Shown: piece by piece, positions 26,301 to 41,240 of the stretch
How positions within the stretch are numbered: the stretch's first letter is position 1
Layout of the letters: the number at the start of each line of letters is the position of its first letter
Assembly (NCBI RefSeq): GCF_009914755.1
Contig: NC_060939.1
Origin: the human T2T-CHM13v2.0 reference genome, Homo sapiens
Strand: one strand, 5' to 3'
DNA: 64,000 nt
Notes under the pieces: model-generated
The model's input: only the letters and a program-made list of their open reading frames with translations
The model's database searches: none
Told to the model about the DNA's origin: nothing
Made by a program: the position numbers and the translations under genes

Positions 26301-29300
26301 CCATTCGTGTCCATTCCACTCCAGTCCATTCCATTCGTATCCATTCCATTCCAGTCCATTCCATTTGTGTCCACTGCATTCCATTCCACTCCATTCCATA
26401 TTATTCCATTACACTCCATTCCATTCTATTACTTTCATTTCCATTCAATTCCATTCCATTTGATTCCATTCCACTCGGTTTCATTCTATTTGAGTCCACT
26501 CCATTCCATTCCATTCCATTCAGTTCCATTCCATTCTGTTCCATTCCATTCCGTTCCATTACATTGCATTCCATTCGGTACCATGCCATATTGTTCCATT
26601 CGATTCCATTCGAATCCATTCCATTCCAGTCCATTCCATTCGATTCCATTCCATTCATTTCAATTCCATTCCATTCCATTCCATTACATTCCACTTGATT
26701 CCTCTCCATTCCCTTCCACTGCATTCCGTTCGATTCCATTCCATTGCATTGCATTCCATTCCATTGGATTGCATTCCATTCGATTCCATTCCATTCGAAT
26801 CAATTACATAGCAATCCATTACATTCGAGTCTATTCTCTTCCGTTCCATTCGATTTCGTTCCAATCCATTCGATTCCATTCCATTCGATTCCATTCCATA
26901 CTATTGCATTCCATTCGATTACATTATATTCGAATAAGTTCCATTCAAGACCATTTCTTTTGAGTCCATTCTATTTGAGTCCATTCCCTTTGATTCCATA
27001 ACATTTGAGTCCATTCAATTCCATTCCTTTCGTTTCCATTCCATTTGATGCCATTCCATTCAATTCTGTTCTACTCGACTCCAATACATTCAATTCCATT
27101 CCATCCGATTCCATTACATTCTTTTCATTTCTTATCCATTTCAAGCCATTCCACTCCATTCCATTCCACTCGTTTCCTTTCCATTCGAGTCCATTCCTCT
27201 CCAGTCCATTCCGTTCAATCCATTCCATTCCAGTCCATTCCATTCGAGTCCGTTCCATTCCAGTCCATTCCATTCGAGTCAATTCCATTCCATTCGATGT
27301 CTTTCCATAACGATCCATTCCATTCTATTACTTTCGATTCCATTCCATTCTATTTCATTCCATTCGATTCCCTTCCATTGGACTCCTTTCCATTCGAGTG
27401 CATTCCATTCCGTTCCATTTCTTTCCGTTCTGTACGATTCCTACCGTTCGATTTCATTTTGTTCCAGTCCATTCCTTTCGCGTCCATTCCATTTCATTTC
27501 ACTCCATTCGATTCCATTCCACTCGATTCCACTTCGTTCCATTTCATTGCATTCCATTCTATTCAACTCTATTGCCTTCCATTCCATTCCATTCGATTAC
27601 ATTCCATGCGATTCCATTCGAAATCGAATCAATTACATTGCAAACCATTACTATTGAGTCCGTTTTATTCCAGTCCACTGCATTCTGGTCCATTCCATTT
27701 GATTCCATTCCATTCTATTCCATTCCATACAGTTGCATTCCATTGGATTCCATGCTATATCTATAAATTCAATTCGAGACCATTGCTTTTGAGTCCATTC
27801 TATATGATTCCATTCCATTCAAGTCCATTACATTTGGTTCAATTCCATTCCATTCCATTCCCTTTCATTCCATTCCATTTGATATCAATCCATTCGATTC
27901 CATTCCATTCGAGCACATTCCATTCGAGTCCATTCCATTCGATGCCATTCCATTTGATTCTATTCCATTAGTCTCCATTCAATTCCATTAATCTCCATTC
28001 CATTCCATTCTACTCCAACTGATTCCATTCCATTCTATTCCTTTCCATTCCATTTCATTCCATTCCATTCCACTCCATTCCATTCCATTCCATTCCATTC
28101 GTGTCCATTCCACTCCAGTCCATTCCATTCGTGTCCATTCCATTCCAGTCCATTCCATTTGTGTCCACTGCATTCCATTCCACTCCATTCCATATTATTC
28201 CATTACACTCCATTCCATTCTATTACTTTCATTTCCATTCAATTCCATTCCATTTGATTCCATTCCACTCGGTTTCATTCCATTTGAGTCCACTCCATTC
28301 CATTCCATTCCATTCAGTTCCATTCCATTCTGTTCCATTCCATTCCGTTCCATTACATTCCATTCCATTCGGTACCATTCCATATTGTTCCATTCGATTC
28401 CATTCGAATCCATTCCATTCCAGTCCATTCCATTCGATTCCATTCCATTCATTTCAATTCCATTCCATTCCATTCCATTACATTCCACTTGATTCCTCTC
28501 CATTCCCTTCCACTGCATTCCGTTCGATTCCATTCCATTGCATTGCATTCCATTCCATTGGATTGCATTCCATTCGATTCCATTCCATTCGAATCAATTA
28601 CATAGCAATCCATTACATTCGAGTCTATTCTCTTCCGTTCCATTCGATTTCGTTCCAATCCATTCGATTCCATTCCATTCGATTCCATTCCATACTATTG
28701 CATTCCATTCGATTACATTATATTCGAATAAGTTCCATTCAAGACCATTTCTTTTGAGTCCATTCTATTTGAGTCCATTCCCTTTGATTCCATAACATTT
28801 GAGTCCATTCAATTCCATTCCTTTCGTTTCCATTCCATTTGATGCCATTCCATTTAATTCTGTTCTACTCGACTCCAATACATTCAATTCCATTCCATCC
28901 GATTCCATTACATTCTTTTCATTTCTTATCCATTTCAAGCCATTCCACTCCATTCCATTCCACTCGTTTCCTTTCCATTCGAGTCCATTCCTCTCCAGTC
29001 CATTCCGTTCAATCCATTCCATTCCAGTCCATTCCATTCGAGTCCGTTCCATTCCAGTCCATTCCATTCGAGTCAATTCCATTCCATTCGGTGTCTTTCC
29101 ATAACGATCCATTCCATTCTATTCCTTTCGATTCCATTCCATTCTATTTCATTCCATTCGATTCCCTTCCATTGGACTCCTTTCCATTCGAGTGCATTCC
29201 ATTCCGTTCCATTTCTTTCCGTTCTGTACGATTCCTACCGTTCGATTTCATTTTGTTCCAGTCCATTCTTTCGCGTCCATTCCATTCCATTTCACTCCAT

Positions 29301-32300
29301 TCGATTCCATTCCACTCGATTCCACTTCGTTCCATTTCATTGCATTCCATTCTATTCAACTCTATTGCCTTCCATTCCATTCCATTCGATTACATTCCAT
29401 GCGATTCCATTCGAAATCGAATCAATTACATTGCAATCCATTACTATTGAGTCCGTTTTATTCCAGTCCACTGCATTCTGGTCCATTCCATTTGATTCCA
29501 TTCCATTCTATTCCATTCCATACAGTTGCATTCCATTGGATTCCATGCTATATCTATAAATTCAATTCGAGACCATTGCTTTTGAGTCCATTCTATATGA
29601 TTCCATTCCATTCAAGTCCATTACATTTGGTTAAATTCCATTCCATTCGGTTCAATTCCATTCCATTCCATTCCCTTCCATTCCATTCCAGTTGATATCA
29701 ATCCATTCGATTCCATTCCATTCGAGCACATTCCATTCGAGTCCATTCCATTCGATGCCATTCCATTTGATTCTATTCCATTAGTCTCCATTCAATTCCA
29801 TTAATCTCCATTCCATTCCATTCTACTCCAACTGATTCCATTCCATTCTATTCCTTTCCATTCCATTTCATTCCATTCCATTCCATACCATTCCATTCCA
29901 TTCCATTCCATTCCATTCCATTCCATTCCATTCGTGTCCATTCCACTCCAGTCCATTCCATTCGTATCCATTCCATTCCAGTCCATTCCATTTGTGTCCA
30001 CTGCATTCCATTCCACTCCATTCCATATTATTCCATTACACTCCATTCCATTCTATTACTTTCATTTCCATTCAATTCCATTCCATTTGATTCCATTCCA
30101 CTCGGTTTCATTCCATTTGAGTCCACTCCATTCCATTCCATTCCATTCAGTTCCATTCCATTCTGTTCCATTCCATTCCGTTCCATTACATTCCATTCCA
30201 TTCGGTACCATTCCATATTGTTCCATTCGATTCCATTCGAATCCATTCCATTCCAGTCCATTCCATTCGATTCCATTCCATTCATTTCAATTCCATTCCA
30301 TTCCATTCCATTCCATTCCACTTGATTCCTCTCCATTCCCTTCCACTGCATTCCGTTCGATTCCATTCCATTGCATTGCATTCCATTCCATTGGATTGCA
30401 TTCCATTCGATTCCATTCCATTCGAATCAATTACATAGCAATCCATTACATTCGAGTCTATTCTATTCCGTTCCATTCGATTTCGTTCCAATCCATTCGA
30501 TTCCATTCCATTCGATTCCATTCCATACTATTGCATTCCATTCGATTACATTATATTCGAATAAGTTCCATTCAAGACCATTTCTTTTGAGTCCATTCTA
30601 TTTGAGTCCATTCCCTTTGATTCCATAACATTTGAGTCCATTCAATTCCATTCCTTTCGTTTCCATTCCATTTGATGCCATTCCATTCAATTCTGTTCTA
30701 CTCGACTCCAATACATTCAATTCCATTCCATCCGATTCCATTACATTCTTTTCATTTCTTATCCATTTCAAGCCATTCCACTCCATTCCATTCCACTCGT
30801 TTCCTTTCCATTCGAGTCCATTCCTCTCCAGTCCATTCCGTTCAATCCATTCCATTCCAGTCCATTCCATTCGAGTCCGTTCCATTCCAGTCCATTCCAT
30901 TCGAGTCAATTCCATTCCATTCGATGTCTTTCCATAACGATCCATTCCATTCTATTCCTTTCGATTCCATTCCATTCTATTTCATTCCATTCGATTCCCT
31001 TCCATTGGACTCCTTTCCATTCGAGTGCATTCCATTCCGTTCCATTTCTTTCCGTTCTGTACGATTCCTACCGTTCGATTTCATTTTCTTCCAGTCCATT
31101 CTTTCGCGTCCATTCCATTCCATTTCACTCCATTCGATTCCATTCCACTCGATTCCACTTCGTTCCATTTCATTGCATTCCATTCTATTCAACTCTATTG
31201 CCTTCCATTCCATTCCATTCGATTACATTCCATGCGATTCCATTCGAAATCGAATCAATTACATTGCAATCCATTACTATTGAGTCCGTTTTATTCCAGT
31301 CCACTGCATTCTGGTCCATTCCATTTGATTCCATTCCATTCTATTCCATTCCATACAGTTGCATTCCATTGGATTCCATGCTATATCTATAAATTCAATT
31401 CGAGACCATTGCTTTTGAGTCCATTCTATATGATTCCATTCCATTCAAGTCCATTACATTTGGTTAAATTCCATTCCATTCGGTTCAATTCCATTCCATT
31501 CCATTCCCTTCCATTCCATTCCAGTTGATATCAATCCATTCGATTCCATTCCATTCGAGCACATTCCATTCGAGTCCATTCCATTCGATGCCATTCCATT
31601 TGATTCTATTCCATTAGTCTCCATTCAATTCCATTAATCTCCATTCCATTCCATTCTACTCCAACTGATTCCATTCCATTCTATTCCTTTTTATTCCATT
31701 TCATTCCATTCCATTCCATTCCATTCCATTCCATTCCATTCGTGTCCATTCCACTCCAGTCCATTCCATTCGTATCCATTCCATTCCAGTCCATTCCATT
31801 TGTGTCCACTGCATTCCATTCCACTCCATTCCATATTATTCCATTACACTCCATTCCATTCTATTACTTTCATTTCCATTCAATTCCATTCCATTTGATT
31901 CCATTCCACTCGGTTTCATTCCATTTGAGTCCACTCCATTCCATTCCATTCCATTCAGTTCCATTCCATTCTGTTCCATTCCATTCCGTTCCATTACATT
32001 CCATTCCATTCGGTACCATTCCATATTGTTCCATTCGATTCCATTCGAATCCATTCCATTCCAGTCCATTCCATTCGATTCCATTCCATTCATTTCAATT
32101 CCATTCCATTCCATTCCATTCCATTCCACTTGATTCCTCTCCATTCCCTTCCACTGCATTCCGTTCGATTCCATTCCATTGCATTGCATTCCATTCCATT
32201 GGATTGCATTCCATTCGATTCCATTCCATTCGAATCAATTACATAGCAATCCATTACATTCGAGTCTATTCTATTCCGTTCCATTCGATTTCGTTCCAAT

Positions 32301-35300
32301 CCATTCGATTCCATTCCATTCGATTCCATTCCATACTATTGCATTCCATTCGATTACATTATATTCGAATAAGTTCCATTCAAGACCATTTCTTTTGAGT
32401 CCATTCTATTTGAGTCCATTCCCTTTGATTCCATAACATTTGAGTCCATTCAATTCCATTCCTTTCGTTTCCATTCCATTTGATGCCATTCCATTCAATT
32501 CTGTTCTACTCGACTCCAATACATTCAATTCCATTCCATCCGATTCCATTACATTCTTTTCATTTCTTATCCATTTCAAGCCATTCCACTCCATTCCATT
32601 CCACTCGTTTCCTTTCCATTCGAGTCCATTCCTCTCCAGTCCATTCCGTTCAATCCATTCCATTCCAGTCCATTCCATTCGAGTCCGTTCCATTCCAGTC
32701 CATTCCATTCGAGTCAATTCCATTCCATTCGATGTCTTTCCATAACGATCCATTCCATTCTATTCCTTTCGATTCCATTCCATTCTATTTCATTCCATTC
32801 GATTCCCTTCCATTGGACTCCTTTCCATTCGAGTGCATTCCATTCCGTTCCATTTCTTTCCGTTCTGTACGATTCCTACCGTTCGATTTCATTTTCTTCC
32901 AGTCCATTCTTTCGCGTCCATTCCATTCCATTTCACTCCATTCGATTCCATTCCACTCGATTCCACTTCGTTCCATTTCATTGCATTCCATTCTATTCAA
33001 CTCTATTGCCTTCCATTCCATTCCATTCGATTACATTCCATGCGATTCCATTCGAAATCGAATCAATTACATTGCAATCCATTACTATTGAGTCCGTTTT
33101 ATTCCAGTCCACTGCATTCTGGTCCATTCCATTTGATTCCATTCCATTCTATTCCATTCCATACAGTTGCATTCCATTGGATTCCATGCTATATCTATAA
33201 ATTCAATTCGAGACCATTGCTTTTGAGTCCATTCTATATGATTCCATTCCATTCAAGTCCATTACATTTGGTTAAATTCCATTCCATTCGGTTCAATTCC
33301 ATTCCATTCCATTCCCTTCCATTCCATTCCAGTTGATATCAATCCATTCGATTCCATTCCATTCGAGCACATTCCATTCGAGTCCATTCCATTCGATGCC
33401 ATTCCATTTGATTCTATTCCATTAGTCTCCATTCAATTCCATTAATCTCCATTCCATTCCATTCTACTCCAACTGATTCCATTCCATTCTATTCCTTTTT
33501 ATTCCATTCCATTCCATTCCATTCCATTCCATTCCATTCCATTCGTGTCCATTCCACTCCAGTCCATTCCATTCGTATCCATTCCATTCCAGTCCATTCC
33601 ATTTGTGTCCACTGCATTCCATTCCACTCCATTCCATATTATTCCATTACACTCCATTCCATTCTATTACTTTCATTTCCATTCAATTCCATTCCATTTG
33701 ATTCCATTCCACTCGGTTTCATTCTATTTGAGTCCACTCCATTCCATTCCATTCCATTCAGTTCCATTCCATTCTGTTCCATTCCATTCCGTTCCATTAC
33801 ATTGCATTCCATTCGGTACCATGCCATATTGTTCCATTCGATTCCATTCGAATCCATTCCATTCCAGTCCATTCCATTCGATTCCATTCCATTCATTTCA
33901 ATTCCATTCCATTCCATTCCATTACATTCCACTTGATTCCTCTCCATTCCCTTCCACTGCATTCCGTTCGATTCCATTCCATTGCATTGCATTCCATTCC
34001 ATTGGATTGCATTCCATTCGATTCCATTCCATTCGAATCAATTACATAGCAATCCATTACATTCGAGTCTATTCTCTTCCGTTCCATTCGATTTCGTTCC
34101 AATCCATTCGATTCCATTCCATTCGATTCCATTCCATACTATTGCATTCCATTCGATTACATTATATTCGAATAAGTTCCATTCAAGACCATTTCTTTTG
34201 AGTCCATTCTATTTGAGTCCATTCCCTTTGATTCCATAACATTTGAGTCCATTCAATTCCATTCCTTTCGTTTCCATTCCATTTGATGCCATTCCATTCA
34301 ATTCTGTTCTACTCGACTCCAATACATTCAATTCCATTCCATCCGATTCCATTACATTCTTTTCATTTCTTATCCATTTCAAGCCATTCCACTCCATTCC
34401 ATTCCACTCGTTTCCTTTCCATTCGAGTCCATTCCTCTCCAGTCCATTCCGTTCAATCCATTCCATTCCAGTCCATTCCATTCGAGTCCGTTCCATTCCA
34501 GTCCATTCCATTCGAGTCAATTCCATTCCATTCGATGTCTTTCCATAACGATCCATTCCATTCTATTACTTTCGATTCCATTCCATTCTATTTCATTCCA
34601 TTCGATTCCCTTCCATTGGACTCCTTTCCATTCGAGTGCATTCCATTCCGTTCCATTTCTTTCCGTTCTGTACGATTCCTACCGTTCGATTTCATTTTGT
34701 TCCAGTCCATTCCTTTCGCGTCCATTCCATTTCATTTCACTCCATTCGATTCCATTCCACTCGATTCCACTTCGTTCCATTTCATTGCATTCCATTCTAT
34801 TCAACTCTATTGCCTTCCATTCCATTCCATTCGATTACATTCCATGCGATTCCATTCGAAATCGAATCAATTACATTGCAAACCATTACTATTGAGTCCG
34901 TTTTATTCCAGTCCACTGCATTCTGGTCCATTCCATTTGATTCCATTCCATTCTATTCCATTCCATACAGTTGCATTCCATTGGATTCCATGCTATATCT
35001 ATAAATTCAATTCGAGACCATTGCTTTTGAGTCCATTCTATATGATTCCATTCCATTCAAGTCCATTACATTTGGTTCAATTCCATTCCATTCCATTCCC
35101 TTTCATTCCATTCCATTTGATATCAATCCATTCGATTCCATTCCATTCGAGCACATTCCATTCGAGTCCATTCCATTCGATGCCATTCCATTTGATTCTA
35201 TTCCATTAGTCTCCATTCAATTCCATTAATCTCCATTCCATTCCATTCTACTCCAACTGATTCCATTCCATTCTATTCCTTTCCATTCCATTTCATTCCA

Positions 35301-37835
35301 TTCCATTCCACTCCATTCCATTCCATTCCATTCCATTCGTGTCCATTCCACTCCAGTCCATTCCATTCGTGTCCATTCCATTCCAGTCCATTCCATTTGT
35401 GTCCACTGCATTCCATTCCACTCCATTCCATATTATTCCATTACACTCCATTCCATTCTATTACTTTCATTTCCATTCAATTCCATTCCATTTGATTCCA
35501 TTCCACTCGGTTTCATTCCATTTGAGTCCACTCCATTCCATTCCATTCCATTCAGTTCCATTCCATTCTGTTCCATTCCATTCCGTTCCATTACATTCCA
35601 TTCCATTCGGTACCATTCCATATTGTTCCATTCGATTCCATTCGAATCCATTCCATTCCAGTCCATTCCATTCGATTCCATTCCATTCATTTCAATTCCA
35701 TTCCATTCCATTCCATTACATTCCACTTGATTCCTCTCCATTCCCTTCCACTGCATTCCGTTCGATTCCATTCCATTGCATTGCATTCCATTCCATTGGA
35801 TTGCATTCCATTCGATTCCATTCCATTCGAATCAATTACATAGCAATCCATTACATTCGAGTCTATTCTCTTCCGTTCCATTCGATTTCGTTCCAATCCA
35901 TTCGATTCCATTCCATTCGATTCCATTCCATACTATTGCATTCCATTCGATTACATTATATTCGAATAAGTTCCATTCAAGACCATTTCTTTTGAGTCCA
36001 TTCTATTTGAGTCCATTCCCTTTGATTCCATAACATTTGAGTCCATTCAATTCCATTCCTTTCGTTTCCATTCCATTTGATGCCATTCCATTTAATTCTG
36101 TTCTACTCGACTCCAATACATTCAATTCCATTCCATCCGATTCCATTACATTCTTTTCATTTCTTATCCATTTCAAGCCATTCCACTCCATTCCATTCCA
36201 CTCGTTTCCTTTCCATTCGAGTCCATTCCTCTCCAGTCCATTCCGTTCAATCCATTCCATTCCAGTCCATTCCATTCGAGTCCGTTCCATTCCAGTCCAT
36301 TCCATTCGAGTCAATTCCATTCCATTCGGTGTCTTTCCATAACGATCCATTCCATTCTATTCCTTTCGATTCCATTCCATTCTATTTCATTCCATTCGAT
36401 TCCCTTCCATTGGACTCCTTTCCATTCGAGTGCATTCCATTCCGTTCCATTTCTTTCCGTTCTGTACGATTCCTACCGTTCGATTTCATTTTGTTCCAGT
36501 CCATTCTTTCGCGTCCATTCCATTCCATTTCACTCCATTCGATTCCATTCCACTCGATTCCACTTCGTTCCATTTCATTGCATTCCATTCTATTCAACTC
36601 TATTGCCTTCCATTCCATTCCATTCGATTACATTCCATGCGATTCCATTCGAAATCGAATCAATTACATTGCAATCCATTACTATTGAGTCCGTTTTATT
36701 CCAGTCCACTGCATTCTGGTCTATTCCATTTGATTCCATTCCATTCTATTCCATTCCATACAGTTGCATTCCATTGGATTCCATGCTATATCTATAAATT
36801 CAATTCGAGACCATTGCTTTTGAGTCCATTCTATATGATTCCATTCCATTCAAGTCCATTACATTTGGTTAAATTCCATTCCATTCGGTTCAATTCCATT
36901 CCATTCCATTCCCTTCCATTCCATTCCAGTTGATATCAATCCATTCGATTCCATTCCATTCGAGCACATTCCATTCGAGTCCATTCCATTCGATGCCATT
37001 CCATTTGATTCTATTCCATTAGTCTCCATTCAATTCCATTAATCTCCATTCCATTCCATTCTACTCCAACTGATTCCATTCCATTCTATTCCTTTCCATT
37101 CCATTTCATTCCATTCCATTCCATACCATTCCATTCCATTCCATTCCATTCCATTCCATTCCATTCCATTCGTGTCCATTCCACTCCAGTCCATTCCATT
37201 CGTATCCATTCCATTCCAGTCCATTCCATTTGTGTCCACTGCATTCCATTCCACTCCATTCCATATTATTCCATTACACTCCATTCCATTCTATTACTTT
37301 CATTTCCATTCAATTCCATTCCATTTGATTCCATTCCACTCGGTTTCATTCCATTTGAGTCCACTCCATTCCATTCCATTCCATTCAGTTCCATTCCATT
37401 CTGTTCCATTCCATTCCGTTCCATTACATTCCATTCCATTCGGTACCATTCCATATTGTTCCATTCGATTCCATTCGAATCCATTCCATTCCAGTCCATT
37501 CCATTCGATTCCATTCCATTCATTTCAATTCCATTCCATTCCATTCCATTACATTCCACTTGATTCCTCTCCATTCCCTTCCACTGCATTCCGTTCGATT
37601 CCATTCCATTGCATTGCATTCCATTCCATTGGATTGCATTCCATTCGATTCCATTCCATTCGTATCAATTACATAGCAATCCATTACATTCGAGTCTATT
37701 CTCTTCCGTTCCATTCGATTTCGTTCCAATCCATTCGATTCCATTCCATTCGATTCCATTCCATACTATTGCATTCCATTCGATTACATTATATTCGAAT
37801 AAGTTCCATTCAAGACCATTTCTTTTGAGTCCATT
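23360..37835 (+). repeat. Local 4-monomer tandem duplication (period 7238 bp); boundaries approximate
   Basis: The length series 1808,1803,1794,1833 is repeated exactly twice. Private SNVs in register: GGTACCATGCC (U15/U19), CTATTACTTTCG (U16/U20), CATTTAATTC, CGGTGTCTTTCC and CCATACCATT (U17/U21). Confidence 0.92.
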
Positions 37836-40800
37836 CTATTTGAGTCCATTCCCTTTGATTCCATAACATTTGAGTCCATTCAATTCCATTCCTTTCGTTT
37901 CCATTCCATTTGATGCCATTCCATTCAATTCTGTTCTACTCGACTCCAATACATTCAATTCCATTCCATCCGATTCCATTACATTCTTTTCATTTCTTAT
38001 CCATTTCAAGCCATTCCACTCCATTCCATTCCACTCGTTTCCTTTCCATTCGAGTCCATTCCTCTCCAGTCCATTCCGTTCAATCCATTCCATTCCAGTC
38101 CATTCCATTCGAGTCCGTTCCATTCCAGTCCATTCCATTCGAGTCAATTCCATTCCATTCGATGTCTTTCCATAACGATCCATTGCATTCTATTCCTTTC
38201 GATTCCATTCCATTCTATTTCATTCCATTCGATTCCCTTCCATTGGACTCCTTTCCATTCGAGTGCATTCCATTCCGTTCCATTTCTTTCCGTTCTGTAC
38301 GATTCCTACCGTTCGATTTCATTTTGTTCCAGTCCATTCTTTCGCGTCCATTCATTCCATTTCACTCCATTCGATTCCATTCCACTCGATTCCACTTCGT
38401 TCCATTTCATTGCATTCCATTCTATTCAACTCTATTGCCTTCCATTCCATTCCATTCGATTACATTCCATGCGATTCCATTCGAAATCGAATCAATTACA
38501 TTGCAATCCATTACTATTGAGTCCGATTTATTCCAGTCCACTGCATTCTGGTCCATTCCATTTGATTCCATTCCATTCTATTCCATTCCATACAGTTGCA
38601 TTCCATTGGATTCCATGCTATATCTATAAATTCAATTCGAGACCATTGCTTTTGAGTCCATTCTATATGATTCCATTCCATTCAAGTCCATTACATTTGG
38701 TTCAATTCCATTCCATTCCATTCCCTTTCATTCCATTCCATTTGATATCAATCCATTCGATTCCATTCCATTCGAGCACATTCCATTCGAGTCCATTCCA
38801 TTCGATGCCATTCCATTTGATTCTATTCCATTAGTCTCCATTCAATTCCATTAATCTCCATTCCATTCCATTCTACTCCAACTGATTCCATTCCATTCTA
38901 TTCCTTTCCATTCCATTTCATTCCATTCCATTCCATTTCATTCCATTCCATTCCATTCGTGTCCATTCCACTCCAGTCCATTCCATTCGTGTCCATTCCA
39001 TTCCAGTCCATTCCATTTGTGTCCACTGCATTCCATTCCACTCCATTCCATATTATTCCATTACACTCCATTCCATTCTATTACTTTCATTTCCATTCAA
39101 TTCCATTCCATTTGATTCCATTCCACTCGGTTTCATTCCATTTGAGTCCACTCCATTCCATTCCATTAAATTCCATTCAGTTCCATTCCATTCCGTTCCA
39201 TTCCATTCCATTCCATTCCTGTCCATTCCACTCCAGTCCATTCCATTCGTATCCATTCCATTCCAGTCCATTCCATTTGTGTCCACTGCATTCCATTCCA
39301 CTCCATTCCATATTATTCCATTACTCTCCATTCCATTCTATTACTTTCATTTCCATTCAATTCCATTCCATTTGATTCCATTCCACTCGGTTTCATTCCA
39401 TTTGAGTCCACTCCATTCCATTCCATTCCATTCAGTTCCATTCCATTCTGTTCCATTCCATTCCGTTCCATTACATTCCATTCCATTCGGTACCATTCCA
39501 TATTGTTCCATTCGATTCCTTTCGAATCCATTCCATTCCAGTCCATTCCATTCGATTCCATTCCATTCATTTCAATTCCATTCCATTCCATTCCATTACA
39601 TTCCACTTGATTCCTCTCCATTCCCTTCCACTGCATTCCGTTCGATTCCATTCCATTGCATTGCATTCCATTCCATTGGATTGCATTCCATTCGATTCCA
39701 TTCCATTCGTATCAATTACATAGCAATCCATTACATTCGAGTCTATTCTCTTCCGTTCCATTCGATTTCGTTCCAATCCATTCGATTCCATTCCATTCGA
39801 TTCCATTCCATACTATTGCATTCCATTCGATTACATTATATTCGAATAAGTTCCATTCAAGACCATTTCTTTTGAGTCCATTCTATTTGAGTCCATTCCC
39901 TTTGATTCCATAACATTTGAGTCCATTCAATTCCATTCCTTTCGTTTCCATTCCATTTGATGCCATTCCATTCAATTCTGTTCTACTCGACTCCAATACA
40001 TTCAATTCCATTCCATCCGATTCCATTACATTCTTTTCATTTCTTATCCATTTCAAGCCATTCCACTCCATTCCATTCCACTCGTTTCCTTTCCATTCGA
40101 GTCCATTCCTCTCCAGTCCATTCCGTTCAATCCATTCCATTCCAGTCCATTCCATTCGAGTCCGTTCCATTCCAGTCCATTCCATTCGAGTCAATTCCAT
40201 TCCATTCGATGTCTTTCCATAACGATCCATTGCATTCTATTCCTTTCGATTCCATTCCATTCTATTTCATTCCATTCGATTCCCTTCCATTGGACTCCTT
40301 TCCATTCGAGTGCATTCCATTCCGTTCCATTTCTTTCCGTTCTGTACGATTCCTACCGTTCGATTTCATTTTGTTCCAGTCCATTCTTTCGCGTCCATTC
40401 ATTCCATTTCACTCCATTCGATTCCATTCCACTCGATTCCACTTCGTTCCATTTCATTGCATTCCATTCTATTCAACTCTATTGCCTTCCATTCCATTCC
40501 ATTCGATTACATTCCATGCGATTCCATTCGAAATCGAATCAATTACATTGCAATCCATTACTATTGAGTCCGATTTATTCCAGTCCACTGCATTCTGGTC
40601 CATTCCATTTGATTCCATTCCATTCTATTCCATTCCATACAGTTGCATTCCATTGGATTCCATGCTATATCTATAAATTCAATTCGAGACCATTGCTTTT
40701 GAGTCCATTCTATATGATTCCATTCCATTCAAGTCCATTACATTTGGTTCAATTCCATTCCATTCCATTCCCTTTCATTCCATTCCATTTGATATCAATC

Positions 40801-41240
40801 CATTCGATTCCATTCCATTCGAGCACATTCCATTCGATGCCATTCCATTTGATTCTATTCCATTAGTCTCCATTCAATTCCATTAATCTCCATTCCATTC
40901 CATTCTACTCCAACTGATTCCATTCCATTCTATTCCTTTCCATTCCATTTCATTCCATTCCATTCCATTTCATTCCATTCCATTCCATTCGTGTCCATTC
41001 CACTCCAGTCCATTCCATTCGTGTCCATTCCATTCCAGTCCATTCCATTTGTGTCCACTGCATTCCATTCCACTCCATTCCATATTATTCCATTACACTC
41101 CATTCCATTCTATTACTTTCATTTCCATTCAATTCCATTCCATTTGATTCCATTCCACTCGGTTTCATTACATTTGAGTCCACTCCATTCCATTCCATTA
41201 AATTCCATTCAGTTCCATTCCATTCCGTTCCATTACATTC
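37150..41240 (+). repeat. Out-of-register 2047-bp tandem duplication producing an elongated monomer with an internal 260-bp direct repeat
   Basis: CGTATCAATTAC (37662/39709), GATCCATTGCATTC and GTCCGATTTATT are shared at offset 2047. The GTGTCC...CAGTTCC block occurs twice in U22 (38959 and 39219). Confidence 0.88.
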
